DNA of 64,000 nt, taken from Amoebophrya sp. A120 (Eukaryota; Protista; Dinoflagellata). Position numbers and translations under genes: made by a program. How positions within the stretch are numbered: position 1 is the first letter of the stretch; each line of letters starts with the position of its first letter. The DNA is taken from contig CAJINV010000005.1 of assembly GCA_905178155.1 (NCBI GenBank), forward strand, positions 1,800,054-1,864,053. Direction: 5' to 3'. The notes beneath the pieces are model-generated. The model was given only the letters and a program-made list of their open reading frames with translations, was not told where the DNA came from and searched no databases. Shown here piece after piece: positions 52,101 to 59,600 of the stretch.

Positions 52101-54577
52101 GCATCCGGCGGCTGCAGCGGGCCATCAAAGAACCCTTGTCCGTGATTACCCGCAATCGTGCGCACCGTCGTAAGACCGCCCGATGCACCCCCGATAGACA
52201 GGACGCGGATCACCGAGCGGTCGGCCTCCGTGAAAATGTACTTAGTACCACCAACCAATAATTCCACTGCAGCGCGAAGCTGCATCTCGATGTTGCGGCT
52301 TTGTGTTTTCTGCCATGAAGACGAGGAAAGAGTGTTGCCCGCCGTCGTTGCTATTTCTGTAGTCGGCCCGAGTACTGCGTCGTTTTTTCGCACAAAGATG
52401 TCCATTTTCTGCGCCGCCGTTTTTCTGTCCCCAAATACCTGCATCCCTCCGGAGGGATTGCACGTGGCAACAAACTTCGATCGTCGTACGTCGTAACCGA
52501 TGCCGTCCCTCACCTGGTACGGAAGAGGTGCGCTACTGTCCCCCGGATCAAAAAAACCCATCCAAGTGGTCGCACTCCATCTATTCTCCCCCGCTTCTGC
52601 AGCTTCATCTCCGGGGGCTTCTGCAGCTTCCTCGTTGTCAGACGAGAGCAAACCATCTTCTTCTACGCGTCCCAAACGCCCTTGCGCCGCCGTAGACATT
52701 GAAAACTCCCCGTAGCGCGCAACCAGCGCTTGCACGCGTGCCCGCAAGGCGTCGCCACGACGTGTTAACTGTCCTAAGGACCAAAACAATTCCGTTTCCT
52801 CCAGATGTAACACCGCGTTGCGGAAGTTGTCCAGTGCGGAGAGTGCCTCCAGTCGAAGCTCTGACAGTGCCCTGCTCGGAAGAATATCCAAACTTGACGA
52901 AAACGTTGATGTACTAGATGCCGAAGCCGATGCAGAGGTTGTACTACCTAAAGCGAGTAGTAATTGCGCCAACACATGCTTCTTCTCTTGCTCGACAGAA
53001 AACCTCGCGAACTCGAACCGCTGCGCGAGCTGCACCGCATTCTGGCTCGCCGCCTGCAGGTTCTGTTCGCGCGAAATCAAGCTCGCGGTGCGGGGTAGGC
53101 GCGATGCGTCGCCAACAGTATGCTGTAACCCATACCCACGCTTACTGCTCTCGATCTCCTGGAGCTTGTGCAAGTGGACTAGCCTCTCGTCAGGAGTCAA
53201 CATAGTACTCGTCGCGGTTAGGGCTAACTGCTGGTGGTTTTGCTGGTTCGCCTGGCCTTGCTGGTTCATCCGTGGGTTCTGGTTCACCTCCTTCAAGTAT
53301 TTTTTGAAGTCTGGTAGGGGCCGCTTCTCGTTCTCGCGATCGAAAACGGTGTCGCGCAGCGACCCAAGGAAGTCCGTTATTGTGGGGGCATTGGAATCGG
53401 AGCCGTCCCTTTGCGTCTTCATTTCCAACGCGCCAAACTTGACTAGAACGCGGCACACGGAGAGCACTAACTCGTAGTCCGGCACGACTCGATGGCTCAG
53501 TTCGTCGCGAATCAGCTGCTGCATCGCATCTGATATCTTACCGCGCAGCGATGTAGTGAGGTAGTTCGACGTCGGATACCGATTCGTCGCGCCGCCGTCT
53601 TGTTCCTCCGCATTAGTTCTTGCAGAATGCTCAATCAGAAACTGCTTGTGCCCGGCCACCCACGACTCTCTTTCTTGCGTCGCCGCGTCGAAAACAAGAA
53701 GATTCTGCGCCGCCGGAAATAGCCGTCCGTAGTGCTCCATCATTTGGGTGGTCAACGCGTGCGCAAGAAACGGAGTTTCATTTATTATTTTCCTTGAGTC
53801 AACTACATTCTCGCTGCCCAGAGCTAGACCCTTCAAGAAAGAAGAAATCCCTTGCGAACATTCCGCCACAGATAAGCCCTGAATCGCATGAGGACCATGG
53901 TCCTGGGTCGTCAGCAGCGTCAGCAGATGATAATGACACCGCAAAAACCCACCCAGTCTTGTATCGCTCTCCGGCGACGCTGACGTCGTGCACCTCCACA
54001 GCCACCGCAACACAGTTTGGTATATCTCCGCTACAGCCGGTCGTAGTTGCGTAACTCCGAATCCGTCCATGATCTCCATTCGCACGAGTAAAAAAAAAGT
54101 ATTTTCTGCTTGATGCATATGCTCTTCGTCAATTTCGAAATCCAACCTCTCCTCCCCCTCCCGTCCATTTTGCGACGTAAAAAGGCAAGCGCGCAGGCTT
54201 CCCCCGACCACCGACTCAGGCTGCAATTGCAGGCGCCACAACGCGTCCTCTTTTTCGTCCTTCGAAAACCGCATGTCGTGGAGGTCGTCGAGTCGGTTCA
54301 TGTGCAGTTCGCTTCCGGGCACCCCCGCAAATGCCTTGCGCAGCTGGAACGCCTGGTTTCCGCTGGAGGAATTCGAATTAGATTTCCCATTTGCATTTGC
54401 CGCGGCTAAGCTGTCGAGGACCAGAATGTTCACTCTTGATGGTGCAGCGGTTGCTCGAGCCTGAGTATTGTTCCAATGGTCCTTTGCGTACACGAGTTCC
54501 GACCTGCTCGACCCGGTAGAGAGCAGAAGATACGTCCCCGACAAGGGATCCGCTTCTCCGGACTCTGGTGCGTTCAT
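34139..54577 (-). CDS. RNF213: RNF213 (mysterin)-like giant AAA+ ATPase / RZ-finger protein with N-terminal NHL repeats, ~6,812 aa, single exon
   Basis: Walker A motifs GSGGGKS, PVILLGECGCGKT, IPIFIVGKPGSSKT; Walker B FFDEMNTC, LLDEIGLAE; ACNPYR, LVYRVHPIP, VSLRDV, YQCSP, ALDAAKMNR, YESLYDVLNQ, LLNRFEKQ. RZ finger WYRCPNGHLYTVGNCGMPMQKSKCSQCGETIGGLDH (~37000-37115). NHL-like IAG..GFFDGP, FRSPRDI, VADTGNNALRLI. First ATG at 54577. Symbol indicates family resemblance, not proven orthology. Confidence 0.88.
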   Translation of the reverse strand: MNAPESGEADPLSGTYLLLSTGSSRSELVYAKDHWNNTQARATAAPSRVNILVLDSLAAANANGKSNSNSSSGNQAFQLRKAFAGVPGSELHMNRLDDLHDMRFSKDEKEDALWRLQLQPESVVGGSLRACLFTSQNGREGEERLDFEIDEEHMHQAENTFFLLVRMEIMDGFGVTQLRPAVAEIYQTVLRWLWRCTTSASPESDTRLGGFLRCHYHLLTLLTTQDHGPHAIQGLSVAECSQGISSFLKGLALGSENVVDSRKIINETPFLAHALTTQMMEHYGRLFPAAQNLLVFDAATQERESWVAGHKQFLIEHSARTNAEEQDGGATNRYPTSNYLTTSLRGKISDAMQQLIRDELSHRVVPDYELVLSVCRVLVKFGALEMKTQRDGSDSNAPTITDFLGSLRDTVFDRENEKRPLPDFKKYLKEVNQNPRMNQQGQANQQNHQQLALTATSTMLTPDERLVHLHKLQEIESSKRGYGLQHTVGDASRLPRTASLISREQNLQAASQNAVQLAQRFEFARFSVEQEKKHVLAQLLLALGSTTSASASASSTSTFSSSLDILPSRALSELRLEALSALDNFRNAVLHLEETELFWSLGQLTRRGDALRARVQALVARYGEFSMSTAAQGRLGRVEEDGLLSSDNEEAAEAPGDEAAEAGENRWSATTWMGFFDPGDSSAPLPYQVRDGIGYDVRRSKFVATCNPSGGMQVFGDRKTAAQKMDIFVRKNDAVLGPTTEIATTAGNTLSSSSWQKTQSRNIEMQLRAAVELLVGGTKYIFTEADRSVIRVLSIGGASGGLTTVRTIAGNHGQGFFDGPLQPPDAAVGNMFNLEQQDQENAIAAKFRSPRDILRVDDVKNMFLVADTGNNALRLIEAEPAKEVALRYPPNLNWGSTQNKILTARTVSAAECVDWPGRGGRRPIFSVTSGSPGAATLGNRRFNQPWCLLKVLHPVVGGGRPKTKYLVGCADGLHTIEGGLQPNAPVRMLYPGNKFVATKQDSVVGLASFPPHGICWDWWQREKDADRAAEDNSRVEDKAEVAAARLRCRECYDENLSQGVLLLTTDFRIQKYFFETDKVMLVLDKDRTGQNAEKDTKVLGRPRILTNIRPTAIALVPDKSARKVFLVLSSAHTHVVARAEWDIGRSAIVPNTEEVIFAGQNNRSGWRDGTLAMFDSPNRVCLSPPILGTEMTNTWKRETRRLLKAAVATTEASTRNDPSPSRSKSTTGGGNKSGARSQLGIDPVAVSDAIVASALVEDERQLFVLEAERIRAVLLPKTRRIAARAYANLRNPIEDTTAKITEIVRSSTVLSAQRMSDAILESRRALKALVAGGKEESWQKSLMSVLGDDVDLGILIHLAPRDEDLVALLQALSVSSARRGLDAKRHLLDRVQRRKVENFGPWIVVSRCIGSSFPAGDHNVEVDVNSTTACFDVEYWETVFKNSRAPPTGQLVEFLEWEAKRNEHEVEGKMAEGVGRFERFLQKMGSALGLWLSNLDQQSGAFAAQPILNIIDVWARSGVFRLREQENGAQTFFRVALTQFFKMPSSLSELKRLLHIVGNKGYYAELERRGVSALDFAQHLTFVFHAVVRQEIGGKEKINLLHELVFSDTKAEGDLAPAQNKAKAKPPLSSRDARILYTGVLAQINVYSNKQLTLDEDWAARWSTVSWLHALLEFFAAETKQRKQTLTSELALNEDLWQQISHFCKNAHEDAKLGLARLQAGAGEHATVHEIKSAVWHGVFSKQVCKLLRTPELHEKARECMAEQCQLRVQLQVVETVQTSFFAEHRTFLKDKVAWVQDSWEKLTLGELRELFGKGKEKRKGVTSNNGAAVVRSFPKKFLAYAPWLEKQKHFRILAELIKDTNLKLRVVVAEAVLAVAEDASTTEAGPEPRTMTRVVVVSEGAKEGTTVSRGTGGTAGPDASTEDELLVQQDIERAAQTLEALQLEFDENRVSFPVLEQLLPFFREGFSVSPLRLGTALEDEFASFCRRVKFEPKQLDEITVGGLVLPLPVPSNALKRHVFATMEKFTLLKIVHSNLADIEEFFSEISFFIAKQELEKWNARVETALSLLREAVTTKLEPKWEELDSGCINEILQQVESQSEDEVGKILKEDGINRTNDEPGTTTATAESNSNKLSVVDVRILSVEIEALQAIKKNLPVLRWLAAAFESDEDFVAATQMAMGKSEMECPPELWLHDGYGKNGRVNEQILSELSTLRRSLARYLYSGSFPDNLKSLDEALHYFSGLGVLGGHRAAGTSTSPVSGSGETGGSYFCTLLASMSAVYLPLSELLGSDAETSGAAPARLLNLYNWRAAWVVDKFGEISLEYVPKKRKAGSTTTTLRASDQSNGKNAEEANDFSQQQASPAIASQGLQEILDFQTSLVLARNVDEDVSALIAKFVGQFRWVKELSQTVSRLGTIGHVSYGREVGDDVDAGIIEFRYAFENSDVAMIQEEVTRLRREADNWVLAVDELRRKYPVLNDYTMHQLRRSLVDSGRSGDDGEGMNIIAPLARSVSGLNTTAVGLLTQLAEAWTKTNKPPQANIFRPLVFSNDVQRQKTAAFGYTSTYPPGLSLVVGDPLEQCILAFAKTGFLPEWTNVVVYVDTVTTWEEIQIFLYRWAFSSTKKNKTASCPFCFCGVDKLKGEWYFQLQQDVQKLTDEHESVHGTKPLPLLLVSSTGDHIAAKMHAHLRLELRAEARLFENVKKTLGYCEDEEATTGSTVAESGTTSAASTSMSAVICSAGSGGGKSAFARRKANGKRYLYLPLYANSDVATREGVIKYLAASKSISASSSSSPKETSTSSSSADNGAEAVFLHVDVLDSFVSPAVEDLLFHLIVLQRLCVRDLLWERPKNTVFDIYVELPNEAWLKKSAFLRNSIGRCDVVPGDVFNCDWTSVVPETLSAASTSLTSTVPASLRSDGDHAPVSFRTSGGSAGAAKTGLQPGLSNDERRDCILRLKIVCFCLKIREDMLGGYPADWKREVIQFSEKLMPVLRAADKTSAEDQEDAHPHTFVTPAVLKLNLKRIEEVEPTASAHAEFSTALQLTSEECLGLLLRAAQVADCGAWNVNGSLWSLWSFVHLLYDGLCRLASHENPHSGTQTFSKLRVRHRLLETDTENRQLRGQVIGFLCRTAAEVAFARRKKPTLTAQPQGAGDREANADAANIAAADKAWLRFSVDATTWIYERCQFDHELKPVYRMGALMDPSYVYSSRDFPPALVPDRGISPEQGGGGAGQQQQLQYYWLLGGGDISSITNRVDYLSTKANLEVASGWKTAEEVRQGRTASRTNFAVRLCAEGGSAQGVVYNLHQQRQGQGRANEEERMMEELFSTGDLLPWSSSNHEMLLTTEQEVFFLASNSMELRKRMHPTLVEVLDRADIPVGNDLQKLTSNKTGLLTRILAALTNISVESTKLPLRLRNFVLTGDVVLKLLAIYLRVRNQIPVILLGECGCGKTHMLRYLCAWLGVGLIVEDVHGGTTESDIVKAVRRAEALLAGGEMKGLRVQLGAAQSEIVEERPSTGSNHPDAPASTSSTETEFKSVYLFFDEMNTCAHMGLIAEIIMHRSMNGQPIDPRIQILAACNPYRKYPENAAMLQRSAGMELGSGKGNKGSGNARPGEVDPIPRDLVYRVHPIPTCLKQFVFDFGALSEHSELQFITSMVRSEYPGQSEGTYQVLIGWLEVAQKFVREVEGDVSVVSLRDVARCLKLCKWFGKYGGSVGGVGGAATGGATGGAAASAKKGARPTSGTQATNRGGTYEILAIAHVYYFRLPSGKRSELLTKLRLTLGLALTRAKDKDGEGNDFEKGYKWLFPPNMMGKVIAKTAKSLASKFELESGIALNEALIENLYVSFIAICNKIPIFIVGKPGSSKTLTLQILTSNLRGEQSSAAYWRRFPSIYVFPYQCSPFSTAAGILQQFKIAVNYSRKSKRAMTCLLLDEIGLAEHSPDLPLKVLHAILVSPPIAIVGLSNWALDAAKMNRAILLNRTDPKADDVELTGSCIVAEAASNAAGFEASNANTLSSSAELSTWLVAISQAYSKIYAEQEGRNFVGMRDYYQMLKLIRRLFLQLKGSVGAGTNIALTSPHLGNTKYDETAVKKAFGDGGGKGNFYSSADPVSEQLLQNEIKRIRKHHPDVFSIPAKRDSFNFLSWAIVSFSLQRNFNGRPGLLQSVYEAFDSKLRATSVSDPQRETFSTLQLIESNLRDADARHLMLLTDVQGSALEILFEKKLLEKNQTEVLMGSPFTEDKNELSLIQHVNRVKEAMATGKTVVLWNLDTVYESLYDVLNQRFVVRRNKVAGAVAVGGKNDEKKHGLSTQASATSISKMLRIAIGPRSQLCPVHADGFRIVTVVERVHAYENLDLPLLNRFEKQSLGYRDVVDAAMLERARAFVAEVGAGMTMGSTASAPFVGIDDEGIASLLVLVASEHVEVDGGGGEQQEEECDRPRLYPVLEPPVSPLPSPHPNPMFDSLWQKKLLRLALPLAVSRSRVLQKLLPDNEDAFSQCNDFSSLFSSSTSEVGGGGERFSTVFTHTPMMPLEHVLRSSAGDTPQTQIFLRFQCVRLSETASQVQLVAVCERFWSSENDKTDLLFVQCDGRSSERVVIEHAKRLVVHSWGDAQKNHVEKSEGRLGQGRCAENKRVVFVIHAQPGEDSCTNHVIFNDTWRTHLFVDDIRPNANFVLGEIPLRVAVEESLWEIFGKRPELFKRILRAKSQQMLIRHPTGSMSSVLNLYEYDERLGHSQGIGRSSTFSWWGFLEEFFTELTLRVLRIQHEANTTTQKALLPHVAWALGALSTGSLKVSLEVVIESYLLQILSHWGQFLDVNFALRLVESGNPNAGVRPEFFIALCKRFSDLDSLAARFRFEACFAADVREVVNTGSLQPFMCRVPFSHKLMPVLEHAMELVQRGRSAKNTGGGYDVGDALLPASGVKNSDDANLLAEFEWVDQAASTPDSQGGESESNDEGDVVGINETGDGEQADEVWLSNYFGKSGASLAQWLCSASTVDAYLEDFVHQKMAQYPNISYETQFRLVKEAIKNGFKDGTTLESLMTSSSSEPRSPLDVHRRYASERFAIQKKLALLSYFSFDETTSAGFDYEKVVDALTAIVKERIDEMLATSSAASARDKATYGMMHKLVNFGQDLRDFDDKNGLWIATAARFFLVLTDLENNCEQGAQWISTACELFSKHMRGYIFGSGGSNNKTAKEEDRMAESFLTMVALATRGEQGETHHLRWLLSPLLLDAGPEFFTSFSSSGEAQLPAKMSGKQEADALFGTLLSSWAGNRDLAPLPKRTQRFLAWRLGPHGMGQYESSAVDKARHRELWVNVLQDRDGNSLPDAIDDLKEHVLTAHRDDVAEQAGLMNTRLWGGGSGSSSATSIRTALWVRKYVPQLAKYLLQAVKNGLANCIGGKNNEDSAVGGADDVIDKALNNIMIAESNAAEGKRTARTIPGATAHETFAATVYENIRIPNFVFPLIRSSEHVRFFFLQALYRFGGFEGMCEVFSCMPSGMIASFGYDNIDLHSLENASKLFTQEVYKDFGALMLHERPTGEVVLPEVGAHAQRKNDSFGTTKNIGGSVAGYTSEQQKYREIMGLSARNDSELQTRFCNKGNKVTEEDQKEEDRQLLTINFDEVSASFVFSARVSGCLFPAAKEQEHDRLRHRLFEDKVVKQALRIIERCSTTAGKIGERERNFAYEKVEASNVAFVSNSGRDANENTSQEQRPAKELLYLWLYRVCNPHFKVHRSAFLLEPTTTSTINATSNSSSSILPNLPSTFPAKISLASFAFHFLKVIVRHPDSFYYTLLTQPETCKTSFLPGFPGSEMAMVIRGMQEQVTWYRCPNGHLYTVGNCGMPMQKSKCSQCGETIGGLDHAVTGQQTRLGRPNEMTSMLETPGYVLDVHDPRVSPASEVVQQRFFTFRARSGSRAVDAAAINLHRLLLHVCLLLHSEVFGNEQYVRMLVRGGGGQGQGQKKVGEKQLLNHIAHSWEACRTELSAKLHSALSDQDFSLFLHVLLLKLDPVIAQSRGSFPDMQSMLRFEESVARVALEMRVCWAEEAERARRIAFGGEETGEGAVIFETAIRQAFGDGIVGRLVSGGEKEVASQSFNPPSRSAASSSTSNDFSTTLPLLLTLREPISLERFLAQIIPAASPNFLTEKCDFLMRFLRLESRLHLCKFAADILDWTQVLFSDYDGRNDSGEKTRARAALPGPKRSTDSVSSEEDGESPLGEATGAIFVGSRSKAASSSSSRKNEKPASAATSHLISREEAYRTPMRAAAITPGRKLKLARFLRAFNEGLPWLQTLHECQRNPFLATDSDGNQVVSIDGEKLRPDSPIVFGLPSQPPQERAVDPSGLCVLRLLDFFGRTNNELLEELVAGDNGVGTRGLGANDSSDSSIIDTRSVLELHLETPCDDVRRRLIHYDRVNDFLPLLHEFFGEEEECAEADAKERTASGESSGTAASSSIGIHRLLLEFQSAIKRRVIFRKNISRIQVMVRQFLYRGELRARGSLGVLQRVVPQSGVLPFTVQKGLEDDISNCRERHRQLTVLVERVIQSLVVFGAGAKAEADTSLREYLRESLPGQFDQSSTWADAEHMLILSDVQLRHLGALYLALETIGTGEGASLKFLPKVHDRYRQPVPEVVVAILDAPFRGGRRGSVSASGDRLEKTLSSGSGATSRGVPSRTSSSRVFAPSLLPSRSPMGSPKATPNAANATPRAPMRMSSGSFLDDGDVGRSDAPDVSGSAGGSSSTSRQTLKQVLRDRYQGVLRDLLCGPLSDPETKYDAGESLKVFLEYADTDLEQDLVFRDHFPEALTLGHSLELLRMLCA

Positions 54578-54801
54578 CTTGAATCGGGGTAGCTGTCTAC
54601 TTCGCTTGGGTAGTGGTATTTGTGATGGATCAGTCCGATGTTGCGAAAGCTTTGCCCGCGTTGCCCAAATTGTCAAAAGATATGCGCTCTTGAGCTTGAC
54701 GAACACCGATAAAAAGTGCGCTGTAAAGCAGATGGGATGTAGAAAAAGATGAAGATGAAGTATATTTCGAGAATTACAACGATAAGCATAGCAAAGTAAA
54801 C

Positions 54802-54902
54802 TAACGGAAAACAAGTAAAATCATTTTGAACTTTCATACAAAGGGCGTGCATGAGAACAGAGCACAGGAATATTTGGCAGGCATAACGGAAAACAAGTAA
54901 AA
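54802..54902. repeat. 19-bp direct repeat upstream of the RNF213-like gene
   Basis: taacggaaaacaagtaaaa at 54802-54820 and 54884-54902. Confidence 0.85.
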
Positions 54903-56624
54903 ACTAATAGCTGAAACCTAAAGTGAGCACAGCTAAGTCGCTGATTATTTCATTTTTTGAATCGGAATTGGAAGAGCATGGGGATCCGAAAGAGAGAGAA
55001 GAGAAGAAGTGCGGAGTAAGAAGAGCGAGCAAGCGTTGTTCGTTTGTATCCTTTCTGGTGGTCCGCTGGTAGTGTGAATGTCTTCGCTGGCGCCTTAAGC
55101 ACCGGCCTAAACATGCGCACCGTTTGCCGACGGTGCACAGATCGAATACGAACAAACAGACTCTAGAAGTCTACAGGTATCGCGTCCAGATACCTACCGG
55201 GGGAAGGCTTTTATTCTTTGTAAACAGCACCTGTTTGCAAAAGAAAGTCAATGTCACCATCTGTGAAGTTTCCTGTAAATGTGATGAACAACAAATTTGG
55301 AAACTTTCATAGAGGTTACGATCCTCAAACGTATTGGGGTGTTACCAATTGTGAATTCCAGTATTGCGCGTATATTGGGTTCACAAACAAGCCCGACATC
55401 GTGCAATCAAAAATCCATCATCGATGTTCTTTCTTCTGTATCGTTCCTCATTGTGTTTGCATTCATATCCGCATGCTACGCTAGAAGCTATTTATTAAGT
55501 ACGATGCTACGACAATGTTTGTACGATAGTCCGAATGAAAATGCTCTGAGCGAATACCGATAGTAGTATTGATTTTTGCATTCAAACAGAAATTGGGTGT
55601 ACGTCAATACCGATGACATCGAAGATGTTCTTCTTCTTTCTTTTGAAAGAAAAAGACAAAGAGAACGCTTTCTCTTTTTCTTTCAAATCAGCACGAGGCT
55701 ACCGAGATACTTAGTGCGAGAGCATCCGAATTACTTCGCGCTTGTTGTAGTGAACGATAAGCAACCGATGTAGTACGATGCCGAGAGTGTTTCATTCATG
55801 ATCTGCGGCTCCAGCCCTGAATAGTGCTCGTGATGGGAATGGGCAAGCAACATCGCTGATAGCAGCAGCTATCAATACTCTCACATTTTCTCTCATGATA
55901 TTTCGTGCAACTTCTGCTAGAGCTAGTATATTTCGCCAAACGCAAACAACGTCTCTGCGCGACAAAGTGCGTAAAATCGGACTCACGGCTTGCCATCTTC
56001 CTGATTCCGATCGTGAAATTGACCGTGCAAGAACTCGTCAACAAAACGCTCCAATGCGCCAGAAAATGCACGAAGGACCTTCGCGGTTTACGATTCTTCA
56101 CGATAGATTGCACAGGATTACACTCACGGGTGTAGGACAAGACGAAGATTGCTCCAAGAATACGAGGAACATTCAGCAATCCCTGTGACCTGCAAAAAAT
56201 CTAACAATGCAGTTCGTGTAACCTTGATGTCGCTATGCGAAACTCGGAATCGGTCGCGGTCGCCAGATGATGAAAAATTTAAGTTTTACTAGTGCTGTAC
56301 CTGTACAATAAACGGCAAAATATGAGATGAAAGATGTATGCCGTGCTTTATCACTTTCGATTCTGCTCCTAGAGCGAAGTAGATGAATTCGATGTTGATA
56401 ATGATACGAGTCACGGTTTTCTCTTATCGCGTCCCCAGCACGACCGTCGCACACGTGGCTCGAAAATAAAGGATCGCAATGCTACCTGACGCGGGAAGAT
56501 ATGTTGAAGTAGCTCAAGACACAGCCACTTGTAGAAGTGTTAGTTGCACGTATAATAGCTGGCTGCAGTCGAGTTATTTATTCTTACCGGAAGATGATTT
56601 GATTGATCATTTATCGCGTCCATC

Positions 56625-59600
56625 TCAGCATTTCTTTGCGGCCTCGTCGTGTTCTTCTTGAATACCGACAGATGAAGCTCTTCTTGCATGTTCCACCACC
56701 GCAGTTTCCATCTGAAAAAGCTTGTCAAAACGCTCCACAGAGCGGACAGGCGTTGATACTCCTGCTACATTGTTCCCAGAAGTAGTACTGAAACTGCATA
56801 CTTGTTCTCCCTTGTAGTTTAGAGATTGTTCCGCGAGCAACGTAGATGTTAGAACTCCACCTCGCGAAGAAGAAGTAGTAGAACTACTATTACAACTACC
56901 TCTGCAGCTTATCCCGGCGTCGCCAGGCTGCTGCACGTCATCGCAGATGAACCCAGAAAAAGAAACATCCTCGACAACCAACAACAGCCGGCCCTTGCGC
57001 ACGTGCGTCTCCTCGGAAGATCCCAAAATGGGGAAACCCGCATTCTTATCAAAAGGAAAAATCCCCCCTCCCCATGCTGAAAACGTATCCGTCTGAAAAT
57101 TTGTGATGCGCATTTGTGACCTCAAATCCTGTCTGTCTTGCAAGAAGGCAAGTTCAGAGCGCGCCCCACATTTTGCAGGCGGTTTGTGATGCTGTTGGGC
57201 TTAGAGAGTACACGTTTGTCATGCTACTAGGCGCCTACGTCAAAACCTCTCGACTGAGGCTTGGCATATGCCTGCAGTCCTCTACTGCAAGACAAATCTG
57301 ATTTGTGTACGGAAATCCAGCATCAGAAACTTCGTTTCGAAATTGGGAGGAGGAATTTTTCCTTTTGATAATTTTTGCATCCCTGTATCGCCTGTTCGAC
57401 TGCGTCTTTTGGATCTCTATAACTCACGTGGTCGCTCCAGGAAATTTCCGCAATTTTTCCAAACCGCAAACTATCGGCAGTTCGGTGCACGCGGAAGTTT
57501 TTCTGTTGTAAGAAGGGTTCGCCGTCGTTGTCCTTACCGGTGGCGGATTTTTGGAGCGTTTCGGCGAGTTGTAGGCAAGCTTCTGATACCTCCTCGTCCT
57601 GACGGCCCTCAGCATGGTCCTTGCCGCATTTCACCACGGCACGCAATCTCAGCTTCATCACCCTCGGCGAGGACCTCGTCCTCAAGCAGTAGTGGAAATT
57701 CACCGCCGCGCGAACCGTTTTCGCGACAAGAATCGGCCCGGCCACATTGTCAGGCAGCGCGTACAGGCAAACGCCGTTTGGGATAGTAAGTGTTTCTCGA
57801 TCAGTTGCGACATCGACGACAGCAGCATTTTCTTTTTCTGCAGCAACTACTACGCCAACATGATCTATGTCTTCCTGATCTTTGCTTTCTGGCTTGTGCA
57901 CCTCATTGTCGTCCAGCTTTTTCTTTCGCCTCTCCATCAAAAGCGCGGCCACACAGTTCTGCACGGTGCGTATTCCGCCGTGTACCGCCATGCCGAAGGG
58001 TTTCTGGACGGCAAGAAAACTTTCGTTCTCCCACAAAAGCTCGACTTCGGACCCACTCTTGTACGGTTGAAAATGCGGGTAATCGGGAAAAAACCAAAAT
58101 CGAGTTGTTATTTGCAGTGGCGCTTGTGCTTCACGGTACCTCTGAGCAGGATGAACGCAAATCCGGTCTTGGTCGTCCTGATTTGCATCTACATCTACGA
58201 GTTCCACCGAAGGGCTGTGTGTGTTTCTGTCGAAAAGCGGGTGATCCGCGGACAAGGGTTGGAACTGGAGCAAGCGGTTATCTGTTTCAACATCCGTGCT
58301 CCACATGCTCGTCTTCTTATTTGTACGGTTCTCTACTACCATCTCGCGCCACACACGGAGCCTCTTGCACGTTTTCCGGCAGGCGCTGACAGTCGGGAAA
58401 TGCTCTGGCCACGTCTGCATCAGGAAGTCGGTGACTTTCAAAGTTTCAGCTGTAGGTGTAGATAACGTGCCGGCAACATCATCTCCTCTTTCATGCCACT
58501 GCCCGCAGGAGTACCAGTCGCTCGCGGTCCAGGCACTGTTTGCCGAGAGTTCTGCACGGAGAATTGTGGGACGTGAAATTTCCTTGGGTTGTGGAACACG
58601 TGTCGTGTCGTGCTCTTGTTTCTCCTGTGTCGCGAGCAGAGCGGTGGCATTGCGTCCGTTAACATCGTCCTCCCTAGTAGCGCCTTTGTTCTGCTGCTCG
58701 TCCGAGTTGTCAACAAATTCCGCGTCCGTCCGCTGCAAAACGAGCACAGCGGCCGGCCACCCGCCAATACCCACTTGCTTCACGGCGTCGGTTTGGAAGA
58801 AGCGAGACAGCGGTGGTCGTTTTTTAACAGTATAACCAGCTTCGACAGAAGATGAAAAGTGGTCTCCTGTCGCCGAGGCGTAAGGCCCACCGCCTGCCAG
58901 CAAGTTCCGGATCTGTCGGGCGTGTACTTTTGTGCAAAGGAGACAGCACCGACCGGAATCTCTTTTCAAAACTTTCGCCGTTTCGTAAAGAAAGTCCGCT
59001 AGAAATTCGGTTATTGAAGTCGCGCCAATGATGCCGTGGTTGTTGCCGAAAGGCAGGTCGACCACGACGAAGTCGAACGGGTTCAAAAATTTTCCGTCTT
59101 TATTATCTCCATCACCGACCAGGAGCGTGGATACGTTTCGCGCGTCGCCAGTGTAGCAAGTAAGAGATGAACTTCTTGTCGTGTCACTGCAGTTGTATTT
59201 TTCAATATCCTCTCGTCGTTCCAGCACTCCTTTGCTGCAAATCTCTGCTAGTCTTGTCTGCTCCGGATCCGCGTCTACCGTCACTGCTTCGACATTCGGA
59301 AATTGCAACACCGCCTCGCAGGCGATCGTGCCCTGGCCTCCCATCGAATCCAGAATGCGAAAGTTTCCGGCTTTCGGACACTTGGCAGCTTTTAGAAGAA
59401 GATAGGCCGTGGACGGACGGAGGGTGGAGGTGTTGGTGAAGGTTTTGTTCTGCTTGCTTGCAGCTGCTTGTTTTCTATTTCGATTTGTTTTCACCGTCAT
59501 CGGGTGCTGGGTCGTGGTGGAATTGCAATTCTGCTTATTGCTTTTTCTGTTCACCTCCTTCGCTATTTGTTTTAGTCGCCGGTAGTTGACAAAAGGCGTT

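Noticed and set aside
34186-54752. Plus-strand and alternative-frame ORFs overlapping the large genes
   Set aside because: They are shadow ORFs of GC-rich coding sequence with no recognisable motifs.
54578-54814. TTG-initiated N-terminal extension of the 6891-aa ORF
   Set aside because: Non-ATG start and UTR-like composition; the first ATG is at 54577.
54904-56600. Short ORFs between the RNF213-like and THUMP genes
   Set aside because: AT-richer sequence with no motifs and no TIR/TSD structure resolved; treated as intergenic or UTR, although a small spliced gene cannot be excluded.
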